A stretch of DNA of 64,000 nt from Vermamoeba vermiformis. Taxonomy: Eukaryota. The stretch covers positions 1-64,000 of the forward strand of contig JBEWZL010000296.1 of assembly GCA_045837725.1 (NCBI GenBank), in the 5' to 3' direction. Under the pieces are notes generated by a model. It did not search any database. It saw nothing but the letters and a program-made list of their open reading frames with translations, and was not told where the DNA came from. The position numbers and the translations under genes are program-made. This document shows, piece after piece, positions 50,483-63,568 of this stretch. How positions within the stretch are numbered: position 1 is the first letter of the stretch; each line of letters begins with the position of its first letter.

Positions 50483-50842
50483 TTAAAGGCAGTTAGATCT
50501 AAAGTAGTCACATCTGAAGTTTCGCAGGGTAATTCCTCAGCCTTCGGCCGGTACCGCTTTTTGTAGACAATAGCACTTTCAGTGACAGTCTTTTGGCTGT
50601 CCAGCTTTGGAATTTTTGCCCGATCTGTTTGAAAACACGTGTTTTGAAATTTCTAGCTAAACTCCCCAGCCCTGGCGACAAATGTGAAGACAAAAGATCA
50701 TTTTTCATCATGTTTGTAATTATTCTTGGTGCACCAGGCTCGTAAGTGAACTTCGGGCTCGTTGTTGTGGGCTGATCACTTCGAGAACCGAGATGCAACG
50801 AACAGCAGAGCGATTGACGTAGCCCTGAAAATAGCCATTCAA

Positions 50843-52471
50843 ATGTTAAAACGAGCAGCGAAGCCGAAGTTACTTTTAGCGGTTCTCGGTCACGTCGATG
50901 CTGGCAAAACGGCTGTTGTTAGTAGTTTGCTTGAAATAAACGACGAAATTAATAGGACCATTCGTAAGTAAATGCCTTTAAATGTTTATTATAATAAGTT
51001 GGTAATTAATTGGTATTTATTTCTTGTTAATTAAATTTATTTCTTAAATATTTGGATTTGACAAAAGTCGACGGCAACGAGGGATAAGAATAACCTAAAA
51101 TGTTATTAATTAACAAATTTATTTCAGAACCTTGCGAGAGGGTGCCGCAGACCGCGAAGGACTTGTGGGAAAAGTACCAGAAAAGCGTGTTGTCTGATGG
51201 AGTTGGCCGTACCACCCTCAAAGTGTTACAATTCGAGTCACATAGATACATTCTGACCGTACATGATGCTTCGGGGTTCCGCGACTACTTTAAGAACATG
51301 ATCACTGGCTTCACTCGAGCCAATGCAGGTTTGTTGGTCGTGGGTGCGGCTCAGGGAGAATTTGAATCTGGCATTTCTATGAACGGACAGACGCGCGAAC
51401 ACTTGGTCTTGGCGAGCACGATGGGCAAACAGTTACTCATTGCTGTCAATAAGATGGACACTGTTAATTACAGCCAAGAGCGTTTTGGCGAAATCAAACG
51501 TGAAATACTTGCTTTGATGAGAAGAATAGGGTAAGTTAAATATGACGTACGAAGTACTTTAAATCAAATCTGTGAAAAAATATCAATTATCGCACTGACA
51601 GTGTCAAATTTTGCTTCTGTACCTAACATTTGGTAACGTTTTCTAGGATGCAGTCCGACGCGTGCACGTTCGTGCCAGTCAGCTATAGAACTAAGGCTAA
51701 TTTTGATACTCCGGCAGACGAGTTCATGCCGTGGTACAAGGGTCCTACTTTGATGCAGGCCCTCAACGAGCTGAAGATGACGCAGCATCCTGTTGATCAC
51801 CAGTTACGACTGACCGTTCACGGCGTGTACAAAATCAAAGGTGTTGGTGTTGTAGCTGTTGGCCGTGTCGAAACTGGGGTGCTCAAAGTCAACGACAAAA
51901 TCGTCATTGCTCCTGGCAATACCGTTGCTGAAGTAAAGTCCATCGAGATGAATAACAAGCGTATTACTGAGGCATATCCTGGTGACAATGTCGGTTTCAA
52001 TATTGAAGGTGTTTCAGCGAAAGATCTGCGGAACGGATGCGTTGTTGGTCATGCAGATCACGACCCGCCAGCTGAAGTCATCGACTTTATTGCTCAAATT
52101 AGTACGTTACAATGAATAATACTCGCCACCTACTAGCTACTAATAACATCCGTATAGCTATCGTCGATCATCCTGGTGAGATCCGCGTCGGCTATTCTCC
52201 GGTGGTAGATTGTCATTCAAGTCACGTGGCATGTAAATTTGCAGAGTTTTTGTCCGCACACGACAAGCAAATGAAAGAGATCAAAGGGCCTGTCAATGTA
52301 CTTAAGAGAGGGTTTACGGCCGTAGTCCGCTTGGTCCCAACTAAGCCAATGGTGGTTGAATCGTGCACTGATTATGCGCCCTTGGGTCATCTTGTAGTGC
52401 GAGATATGAAAACTGTAGTGGCTGTTGGAAAAATCAAGTCTGTAAATAAGAAACGAAAGGATGTAAACTAG
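50843..52471 (+). CDS. Divergent eEF1A-like GTPase paralog 2
   Basis: LGHVDAGKT, HDASGF, KNMITG, GEFESGIS.NGQTREH, VNKMD, PWYKGPTL, GYSPVVDCH and VRDMKTVVAVG. Same intron positions as paralog 1. Confidence 0.9.
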
Positions 52472-52749
52472 AGTCGGGATCTTTCCTTTGTACAACTTGA
52501 TTGTCAGCATCGCCTAGATATCAATGATAATAATATATGTTTCCTTTCCATCAATAGAACAATGTTGCAGCTCAAAGAGCAAGTGCAGTGATCCGCGAAA
52601 AATTAATTTAACAAAAAACTGGCAAAAAGACCATTTTGCCTTAAATACGAACTCAACACAACAATTTTATAGGTTGCGTTAGTATAATAGTATTAGTATC
52701 TATATTAGTATTCGAGACAAGTTTGTTAGTCAAAATTTAACGGCACACC

Positions 52750-55230
52750 ATGGATGCGAGCTTGATTAATCTCCCTCATGAAATATTTTATTATATTGCA
52801 CGAGACATGGATTTAATAAGCTTTGGAGCAGTTTTATTAACGTGCAAAGAAGCATCAGTGAGGTTTGGGACCGATCTTCAATTACAAAAGCTTGCGTTTG
52901 AGAATACAACGTAAGTAATATTATCAATAATTATTATTAATAATTTACAAGTATATAGAATGTATTGTACAATTTTAGAGACCGTTAATCGAATTTTGGC
53001 GTAATTATTTAATTTTTTTTATTATTTTTTTAGTGTGGTGGCATGTTGTAATACTTTTGTAGGCGTAAGCTTATTCACTCCAAGGCCAAAATGCCGATAA
53101 GAACGCTATTTTCGGAGCATTTAACATTGGTAAGTAGATTCGACAAATAGTTTGTAAAGGCAGAGGATGGATGCAGTCTAATTATGGATCAGATGGCTTT
53201 AAAATCGAATGACGTTGAAATAGTGAAGTTTGGGCTTCCAAATATGTCATACAGATCGATTTTGCAGAAAATCAAGCCGATGCGTGACAAGATGGGAGTT
53301 GCACCTGTGAAAAGGCAGCATTTTCTCGCGGAAGTGTTCAAATATGATGCACATAAAGTATTGAAGCATTTAATAGACGTAAGATTGCCATAATAATATT
53401 TGTTATCTGGATCTAATTCTTGAACTTTTTCAGACTTGCATCAACGAACTCGAATACGATAAGAATGCCGGAATTAAGCATATTATAGGCATATTATCGA
53501 TATTGGGAGAATTTGCATTCAGTTTGAGCCCTTCTGACGCAATATCTGATTCAAAATCATTGCGTTACGTGCTCAGCCTGTTCAAAAAATTCGAACGCGA
53601 AGTATTAATTAGTCTTATCCATGTATCGTCTATAGATAACTCATATTGGGGCATATCAGTACGTTTAAATATTAATTTAGCCTTTCAACCTCATTCCAAT
53701 CGAATTTTTCCTTATTAGGTAGTCCCGTGCTTTGATTTCTTTAAATCGCTGCTGATTTATCAACAAAAATTCCCCGAATTTGCTTATAATTTAGACCGTG
53801 GCATTCCTGCTAACTATTTCGGCGATAAAATTGCTCACAAGTACCCAAATCCGAGGCAAATCGCGGGCCCTGGATACGAAAAAAGCGAGTCTAATATTAA
53901 TAAGAACGAAGTTAGTGAAGATAAGTGTGATAATGGTGAAGAATATATTGATCATAGTGCGAAATTTGGTCCCAGAATGCAAATTGAAGAAAAATTTAGT
54001 TTCTACACTGCGCCGGTATGAAGTTATTTATTATGATTATCATAATGTCGCTTAAATATAATTCTTCTACTTGTAGGTAACGCCGCTTGAATTTGCAGCA
54101 TATTGTGGCAGTCAAAAAGTATTTGACTTGTTGTTAGAATACGGTGCAACGTTCAATCCGAAATTGCCTTATTTGGCAATAATATTTTATCATCTCAAGT
54201 TTAGTCAAGAGGAATTTGTCAATCGATTGACTGAACTAGGCGCAGGTACGGAAAAATATTGGACGTCGCACAGGGAACTAACTTTCCTAATTTAGACATC
54301 AATCAACCTTTGCCGTTGTATATCGATTACCGTCAACGAGATATTTTGCGCTTTTTTATTCAAGAGCAAAAACTGGATAATATAATGTACGTAAAACTTT
54401 GCTTGCTAATCTGACACTTTTTTGACACGCGAAAAATATTTGACACGTGTCACGACTGGTCATCGTTCTTTTTCATAATCTGTTATGTTACTATCCAATA
54501 TTAATGATGTTTATTAGTATGTTGGAGATAGTGCTAGCACGTGGAGCCAAGTCAAAGATCCATGACCACGAACACGAACGATTAAATGACCCTACAATAT
54601 ATGCTCGTGACATGGGATTGTTAGCATTGAAGGCGCAATTGACCGATTACAAACCATTTCAACCGGTGTACGTACCTCGTGGACTTGAATGTGCATGGTC
54701 GCGAATCTGACTCAAATTTCCTTTTTAGGCAATTAACGTTCCCTGAGGGACAGAATTCTTCACGATTGTTTAAAACGTCATATTGGTCGGTTTTTATTCG
54801 AGTTTACGCCAACGGTACATTCAATCGTGATACGGGTAAGAATTTTTTACTTGTTTTTGAAATACTAATTAAAATTAGGAGAATATGTTGGTACTTGGGA
54901 GCAAGTCGACGGAAAATTAATTTGCACGGCGAAAAAGCGAATTATAAAGTATACCCGAGGAGGAAGTGGCGGATCTTACACGAGGGAGACTGAAATTGTA
55001 CCTACGACCTTCACTTTCCTCATATTTAAGTACGTTCATAATATATTCATACGAAATTATGGCTTATTTAGGAATAATTTTATTAATACGTTTCTTGCAG
55101 AGTTTTCAGCGGTGAATTCGCCTTGACGGAAGACTTGGCTGAGCGGTCCATCGATAAAAAGCTCTTGTTCATGATGTGGGACGAAGAAGTAACTAATACT
55201 ATGTACTACCATCAAAATTGGGGTTTATAA
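52750..55230 (+). CDS. N-terminal F-box-like protein with ankyrin-like repeats
   Basis: MDASLINLPHEIFYYIARDMDLISFGAVLLTCK and TPLEFAAYCGSQKVFDLLLEYGA. Many short introns, so the exon chain is only partly verified. Confidence 0.65.
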
Positions 55231-55361
55231 ATAAATTTGTGGCGAGTTTTTGTTTTCGATCTGGAATTTCCACCATTCTCGTATCTTTCTCATCACACGA
55301 GCACGTGTAGTTACTATTTATTGAAACATAACTGTTATAAAGATCTCAATAGAGTTACAAT

Positions 55362-56149
55362 ATGGAAGGCAAGCTGCAACGACAATATTTTACGGTAGTT
55401 AAAACAGATCGAGAGCCAAGTATTCCAAAAAATCCAAAAAATGCAGAATATTATTTCGGACATACAAATGCGCATATTGAAGTCGCAAATGACGAAAACG
55501 AGTTCTATGGAAGTAACTTTCAAGAAAGTAAACATTTGGATCCCGAAGTAGCAGCTCTCTTTACATGCGATTTTTGGCGAGAAGTGTTTGAAGAATTAAA
55601 TGCATGCGGAGAAGTAAAAATTCGAGAGTATGACGGATTTATGAGCGTAACAAAAGTTGAAAATTTAGATCGACTTTGCAACGGTTATCGAGAAACGAGT
55701 TTAAATAGCAGTTACGACTTTATTCCAAGTTGGAAAATGATGAACGTATATAAAGGATGCAATCAAATATTAGGACCACAGAATCTAAAAGAAGTAAGTC
55801 TCGGATGCGCTGTTAAAAATTAAAAATTATGAATTCATATTTAATTTGGTTATTGCAGGCCGTGGTTTCAGTAATTCTCCTGCGAGCATATCATTATGAT
55901 ATTTTTACGGTGGATCTACCAAACGCAACAATGTCAGAAACAGAGTTCAACAGCTGGGACGAGTTATGGTCTTACGCCTTCTATCATTGTAACGCGGATT
56001 GTCCGCACTGCGTTACACCGTACGAAATTTCCGAGAAATTTGACGGCAAACCTCGTGCTGTCGCTGTGATCAATAATAACTCGATGAGACTGACTTTTTC
56101 AGAACGAATGCCTGGCGAATATTATTTTACTTGTTCGTATACTATGTAA
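55362..56149 (+). CDS. Two-exon protein of unknown function
   Basis: ORF 55362 joins ORF 55829-56149 via GAA|gtaagt...ttgcag|GCC. Confidence 0.6.
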
Positions 56150-56255
56150 CCTATATATAGTTTAAATGATTTAAGGAAAAATAATTAGTGCCTTTATTTA
56201 CTGTTCGCCGACAGCCGATCTGATCCTGAACTGATCCTGCATCTTTGTTAGCTAT

Positions 56256-59066
56256 TTACGCGAGCCAATGCGGTTTGTAAGGAAGTATTTCCCTTTGTAT
56301 ATATCCAGGGTATGGCTCGTACATTAAGTCATGGGATAGCAGCAAAAAGAACATATCTTTTTTGTTGTGTAAGATCGCGCCCCAAGAAATCGGAATTGAT
56401 CTGTGCGATAACACTTCAGTTTTTTGGTCTAATTGTTCCTTTTTTATCTTCTTTTTTGATATCAATAACTCTATTATCTTCAATGCAAGAGACTCGTTGT
56501 CGGATGTGATCCAGCTCTTCAAAAACTCTCTTGAAATAACGATCTTATCTTCTGGGAACTTGTTCATAATAGTTTCTACGCAGTAATATAGTCTCTTTGA
56601 CAAAGCTTCATCGTTATTTTTGTTGTGTTTTTCGTTGCAAACGTAGATCCAATCTAACATTATTGTCGTTAAATACCGAAAATACCAGCCTTCACTACCG
56701 AAACATTTAAATTGTATGTTCAATTGCTTATTTTGCACAGCAAATTCTAGGAAATTTTCGATGGCGTCCATTCTCTCTAATTTGCCTTGTAATAAAAGAT
56801 GACCATCGTAAGTTCCAATGACGTATGTGACTAATTGATGAAATAATGGCGGAGTATTAATGTCGTATTCACTAATCTTCATAATAATCTCTGCTGGTAA
56901 CATTTTGAAATAATTATTGTCGTTTTCAGACTTCCATGCGTGTAAAATCAGATCGGATCTTTGGAACGTTGCTTGATGTTTCTGGATCCAGTATTGTTCG
57001 TTGAAAAGAAAATCTAATTCGTCTCTCTGACTCATCTTTTTATGCAGTCGCTGCAATACGAGCAATTTTTTGGAGGTTAAATTGTCCATCAGCTGTTTGA
57101 ACGCAATTTTCCGGGTGTGAAATTTCGCGATCCACAAATCTTTGCAAAGTTTGGGCGTGCACTTTTGCAAAGCTAGATTAAGAAGTTCTTCTGTTCCTGC
57201 AAATGGAATTCCTTTGTCTAGGAGCCAAGTAATAAGTTCTTCGTTGATAGGTTCGGCGTGAAGCAAGTGTTCCGAAACCAAATTGTTCTCGTGGAATTTT
57301 TTATCTTTCCGGAAATTAAATTCTAAATTCAAATTAATAGACTATAATAGTAATAGTAGTATTAACGGTCTTACTATAGTTCGGGGCTGGTTGACGTTTG
57401 CAAGCACTTAAATCTCCGTTCCTTACGTGCAAATAAACCAAATAATCTGCGACGTTTCGTTCGCTCAAGTTGTAAAGTCCAACGATCATTTCCTTTTTTG
57501 GTAATAATTCGATTAATTCTTCGCTCGAGTTGATTGGTAGAATCAAGTCTCTGTATCTTAAGTAGATTTGACATCCAATGGAGTACGTAAAGAATATCAT
57601 ATCCTTATTAGGAAGATCTAAATAGCCATCGTTAGCACTGAGTCGGATCTTGAATAACGAATAAAAATTAATTCTAATTAATTTAAAACTTCATCGTTAT
57701 GATCATTAAGTAGGTTAAAATTACCATTAAATTCGTTATTTAACTTATTGCGGTCAGGTGTGTCCAAAAACCCGAAGAACCAGGGCTGCTCGTGCAGTGG
57801 TTTTCGCAAAGACTCTTCCGTAACAGCAGTAATACGATGTGCCGTGAAAGTGTTGAATATTCGCTCAAACAAGTTCGCTTTGACCATTAATTCGTAGAAA
57901 TTTGGAGTTGTTATTCCGTTAAATTCGAATTGTCTGTCTTCCGTGGATTTGATCCGGATCGAGCGATGTAAATAGAAATGATCGTGCTTTTCCAGATAAC
58001 TGAACTCGTACACCCCATTTCTTATTTTTTCCAACTCGAAATTGCTTTTGTCTTCTTCTGAAAGAGAAATTCTTCTGTCCAATGGCGGATGTGGTTGAAC
58101 GAGTAATGTTCCACTTGGTATGACAGGGAAAGGAATGCCTATAATAATACCGTCCGTAAGTTATACTCAATAGATTTTAATAACTTACGCATCTTTCTAA
58201 AGTACCAGTTTGTACGTACAATTTGTCTATTTCTTTCGTAAGTGAACGCATCCAAATCCCTCAAATCTGTCAAAACCAACTTTTCGCCATTTTTTAAGGC
58301 GTCGTAAGTTTCCTTACATTAATATTAGTACTTCAATGGCTTATAAGTATAAATCATCTTACGCGCTGTCCATCTGGTTCGAGGCACTTTGAAAACCATA
58401 AAGGAACCAATAATAAGGCTGTCTCGTTACTTGCTTTAAAATTAGCGAGCCTAATTGCGTCAAATAAGATGCTATTATCGAAATCAAGTGCTTTGTCGCT
58501 GAGTTTAAAGGATAGAAATGATTTCAAGAAAGGCAAATCCGCATTGTCGACCACAAACGGCAATCTTCTGCTTAATAACTTCATAGCATCGTATTTAAAT
58601 GCGTTATGTTGCACTGCTAATCGAATAACTGCAAAATAAACAGAATTAGTTCGAGATCGAGCTGTAATCTTTAATTCTTACAACTTACACTTGTCAAAAC
58701 CGGCGAAATTATTGCGCCGTATAAGTGATACTATAGTAAGGTCGAGGAAGGCATACAGTATATCTGGTTAACAAACCAAGATTAGCTAAATAGTAATTGA
58801 GAAACAAATCTGGACTTGATCTCGATTTAATGGCTAATAATTCGTAACATATAGCTAGTCCTACCTTCCATAGAATATTTCTTCATTATTTGAATAATAA
58901 ATTCGTCGCTTAATAGTGCAGATAATTTTTTAGATGTGCATCTGCACGAACACAGCCAACGCAACCAACGAGATTCAGTATCAAAATTATCATGTATACT
59001 ATTCTTGTGCATTATTATTAAAATAAGCTCCCAACAATTCGGTGGGAGGAGCTGTATGCTTTCCAT
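56256..59066 (-). CDS. Multi-domain protein: N-terminal F-box-like, SH2-like segment(s), second internal F-box-like motif, degenerate ankyrin-like C-terminus
   Basis: IQLLPPNCWELIL...CRCTSK, HEQPWFFGFL...IRLS, YFKMLPAEIIMKISEY and PISWGAILHNKKDMFFLLL. Confidence 0.55.
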
Positions 59067-59547
59067 CTTGCAGGTAAGATTTCTTTTTAACACCAGCGCA
59101 GTATTGTTGCGGTCCGTGAAAATAATAATAATAATTGACATAAATATGATTTTTTCTGATAAAATTCGCTGGACAGAACATTAAGTTTTACGTAAATTAA
59201 CCGAATCCTGTTCCAAATCTCTTTTTCGTTTGCGTTGCACAACCTTATGATACGTAATATATTTAATGCTTTAGCTACTCGATTAAGAATAATATTATTT
59301 GTCGCGGTTGTAACGGTAACTTACCTTCAAAAGGATCAAGCGCGAACTACCAAATGCCTGCTCGGAGGTAAGAGCTCGCCAAATAGTGCTTATAAATATC
59401 ATTTAATTTGTTGTCTAATTTCGTAGCATTTAGGTGAATAAAAACAACGCGCATAACACAATTTAGTCTTGATTGCAATTGAACGAGATCGCGTCGACTC
59501 GTACACAACTTAATAAAAGCCAACGTCATTATTAAGAAGGTTTATAC

Positions 59548-61244
59548 ATGAACTACCACCCTCGCGATAATGTCGTTTTTGATCTTGGATCAGGTAAGCG
59601 CAATTTAATTAGGCAATAATTAATTAATATGCACGATGAATGTTGATTTAAATATACGGATATCTTCATTTTATTCGTAACTATTCAATTTTTAAGTAAT
59701 TTTAAAATTTAAGTCCATTTTAAATTCCTCCTTGACTAGCGACGAAATACTCAATATATTAATGAATTATGATTAATATATATTATTATGATTAGGTGTA
59801 ATTAAATGTGGTTTTGCAGCCACCGATGCTCCTCGTGCCGTATTCCCGACGATCGTCGGCTCGCTTCGTTACCCTGGCGCCATGACGGGCATTGGCGCTA
59901 AAGAGAGGTGTAAGTCGAGCGTGCATGAACGAAATTAATTATAAAATTAAGCTAATTTCTCATTAAAGATGTTGGCGATGAAGCACAGTCTCAAAGAGGA
60001 ATGCTTTCTTTGACGTATCCAATAGAGAACGGTACGGCTCTTTATTAAATATTTATTAATTTTTAATTTGGTTCATCAAAATAAGGCTTATTAGTCTATC
60101 AATATTGATACTTAACATTCTATTTATAGGAATTGTCAAACACTGGGACGCGCTAGAATGTATCATTCACCACACATTTTACAACGAACTGCGTGTCTCG
60201 CCAGAGCAAGGACCAGTCTTAATGAGCGAACATCCAATGACTCCGGATCGCAAACGCGAGAAATTATGCGAACTCTTGTTTGAGACGTTCAATGTGCCAC
60301 AGTACCTCCCTGCACTATCTCCTATTCTTGCCGCTTATGCTTCGGGACGAACTACAGCTGTTGTCGTGGATATTGGTACGTTACAAACTTTTAAGATTTA
60401 ATGCCAGATCCGCGTAACTGAACGAACTAAAACTATGAATTATTACTAAATATGGTGTTGTAGGCGACGGAGTGATGACAGTAATGCCTATAACGAATGG
60501 CTTCGTATTGCGAAGCTCTATCAGACGAGTCAATTTTTCAGGACGGGATCTCACATATTACATGCAAACGTTGCTCGCAAAGAGAGGGTAAGTTAGTTAC
60601 TATCGTGAATATATAACTAAGTACTTATTACTGTAATTGCTAGGTATTATATGAATCGGACATCGGACTTGGAAATTGTGCGAGATCTGAAAGAAAAGCT
60701 ATGTTACGTACCACTTGATTACGAAACAGAAATACATCGGTCATTGGTATCGACTGAACTTGACAAGAACTATGAACTGCCTGACGGTCAAATCATCACT
60801 CTAGGTACCACATTGATTTCATACAAGTTGACGACAATAACATTAATTCTCTTTACAGGCCACGAACGCTTCACATGTCCCGAAGCATTGTTTCAGCCAT
60901 CATTAGTGGGTCGTGAAGGACCTGGTATTCATGAACTGGTGTTCGATGCGATCAACTCTTGCACGATTGATTCTCGAAAAGAGCTGTGGGGCAATATCGT
61001 TCTGACTGGTGGCACTACAATGTTGAATGGCTTTGCAGATCGAATGCACAAAGAGATGACTCAGTTAGCACCGCCGAATATGAAAGTAAGAATCATCGCA
61101 CCACCTGAACGAAAATACTCGGTGTGGATCGGAGCCTCGATATTGGCTTCCGCTATTCACAATAGAATGTCTAGTTGGATCCACAGAGAAGAATATGACG
61201 AGGTTGGTCCTCGTATGATTTATCAAAAATCTCACACGTTGTAA
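59548..61244 (+). CDS. Divergent actin-like protein A
   Basis: [51 protein letters not shown] and [14 protein letters not shown]. Confidence 0.92.
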
Positions 61245-61656
61245 ATAAACTTCCTTGGTAATACTCGAAACTGTTTGTAAAAATTACAATGCCGTGAGAA
61301 GATTCCGAAGAAGTCCAAACAGAACTCGCGTCCCATAGCTCGTGTCCTGTCCCTTGCTAGGGAGATCCATGACGCTCCACTACGTTCGCGATCAAGACGT
61401 TTACTGATGCTCTAAATCCTACCCTATTAGCCAAAAAACCTCAATGAGACACAGGTAAAATTTAATAATTAAAATTTAATGATTTTCACGTGTTTCTTTT
61501 ATTTCGGTTGGCCTCACTCTTTGTCTCCTCTATGGGACCTGAGTCACGCTAATTGCAACCATACCAGTTAATTTAGTTTTTATTCGTTAAACGATGATAA
61601 CAACATATCGACTATAATCTCCATACGTATTTTGGGCAAGGTTGTTCGTTTGGCTG

Positions 61657-63327
61657 ATGGCTGAAAATGAAACAATAGTTGTTGATCTTGGATCAAGTAA
61701 GATAGAGTTTAAAAATACCGATTTAAAAATTATTCCATAATATATGATCATGATGCTGATCGCCTGACGAAGAAATGATAAATGTAAAAATAAGGAAAAA
61801 ATCTATTCTCGAATTTATGTTACAAATTATAGTATTTCCAATGAATTACCCCGTGTGATTGTACAATTATTTGTATATTTAGTATTATAAATATTTAGGC
61901 TTGATTAGAGCTGGATTCGCGGGTGAAGATGCGCCCCGCTCCGTATTTCCAAACATAATTGGAGGATCAAGACTTCCAATCGTAATGTGCGGCGCGACAG
62001 TCAAGCAAAATTGTAAGCATTAGCTCCTAAGCTCATCAGTAAATATTTTTTATTTGTCCAAATGACAGATGTCGGCGACGAAGCACAAGCCCGACGAGGA
62101 TTGCTCGCATTGAGATATCCCATTGAAAATGGTACGTTACAGATGATATACTGATATTTTAATGTTCACTGAATGGCTTACAGTTCTTTTTTCCTTTTTA
62201 GGCAAAATAATGGAATGGGACGCGCTCGAACAAGTTCTCCGTCACACTTTTGATAACGAACTGCGACGAGACCCGCACCATCATCCGGTTTTGATGAGCG
62301 AACAGCCACTTGGTTCTAGACGTGATCGCGAGACATTGTGTCAACTCATGTTTGAAACGTTCAATGTGCCAGCCTATCACGCAGCGCTCTGTCCTATTCT
62401 TGCGACGAATGCTTCTGGACGAAACACAGCCTTAGTAGTCGATGTTGGTACGTTGAATTGGACCTTCTCTCCTCAGGTGTTATATAGCTCGAGACGATCG
62501 GACACTTAACAATCATATTCAGGTGATGGCGTGATGACAACAACGCCTATAACGCGAGGCTATGCAGCTAGACAAGCAAACCGAAGAGTGCACTTCTCGG
62601 GACGAGATCTCACGCATTACTTGACGAGACTGCTGATCGATAGAGGGCAAGTAAAACTTTACTGATACTAGTGGAATCTATTAATGAATATCACTGTTTT
62701 AGATATTATTTTACGCGGTCGTCGGATTTTGAAACAGTGCGAGAATTGAAAGAAAAGCTCTGTTACGTACCACTTGATTATGAAGCAGCATTGCATCGGT
62801 CATTGGTATCGACTGAACTCGACAAAAACTATGAACTGCCTGACGGTCAAATCATCACACTAGGTATGTCTCCGTTAAATTGGTTTGCTGACTTTGGATC
62901 CACTACGGGACAGCACTAACATTAAAACTCTTGCCTTATAGGCCATGAGCGCTTCACATGTCCCGAAGCGTTATTTCAACCATCATTAGTGGGTCGTGAA
63001 GGACCTGGCATTCATGAACTGGTGTTCGATGCAATCAACTCTTGCACGATTGATTCTCGAAAAGAGTTGTGGGGCAATATCGTTCTGACTGGTGGCACTA
63101 CAATGTTGAATGGCTTTGCAGATCGAATGCACAAAGAGATGACTCAGTTAGCACCGTCAAATATGGAAGTCAGAATCATCGCTCCACCTGAACGAAAATA
63201 CTCAGTTTGGATTGGTGGCTCGCTATTGGCACGTATCGTTGGCGTTGTGATGCTGTGGATCTGCAAAGAAGAGTACGATGAAACCGGTCCTGCAATGGTT
63301 CACAGAAAATGCTACGCTGGTGATTAA
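61657..63327 (+). CDS. Divergent actin-like protein B
   Basis: Same motifs and intron positions as A. Ends VHRKCYAGD*. Confidence 0.92.
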
Positions 63328-63568
63328 AACTTTTTCACTATAATTCTCACCACAGTCCCAAGCAAGATACATTACCTTAGGAGATGCTATACAAAAGCGT
63401 TTAATGTTCCTCATCCAAACAACGTGAATTCCCATCGATCCGGAGCTATTTTTGTCTCGACGTTTTACAAACAGAAGCAAGTAAAAGCACACGCGAATAA
63501 AATGAGAACAACAGAATCTTGATTTAATGCTCGTTTAATAGACAAGAATAGATAGCGCGAAACAACGA

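Noticed and set aside
50515-50625. Possible U4-like snRNA (hairpin GACAGTC-TTTT-GGCTGTC followed by AATTTTTG)
   Set aside because: No U6 stem I complement or k-turn could be found; an Infernal search would be needed.
61290-61430. GC-richer intergenic patch between actin-like A and B, possible snoRNA or gene fragment
   Set aside because: No convincing C/D or H/ACA boxes and no credible ORF.
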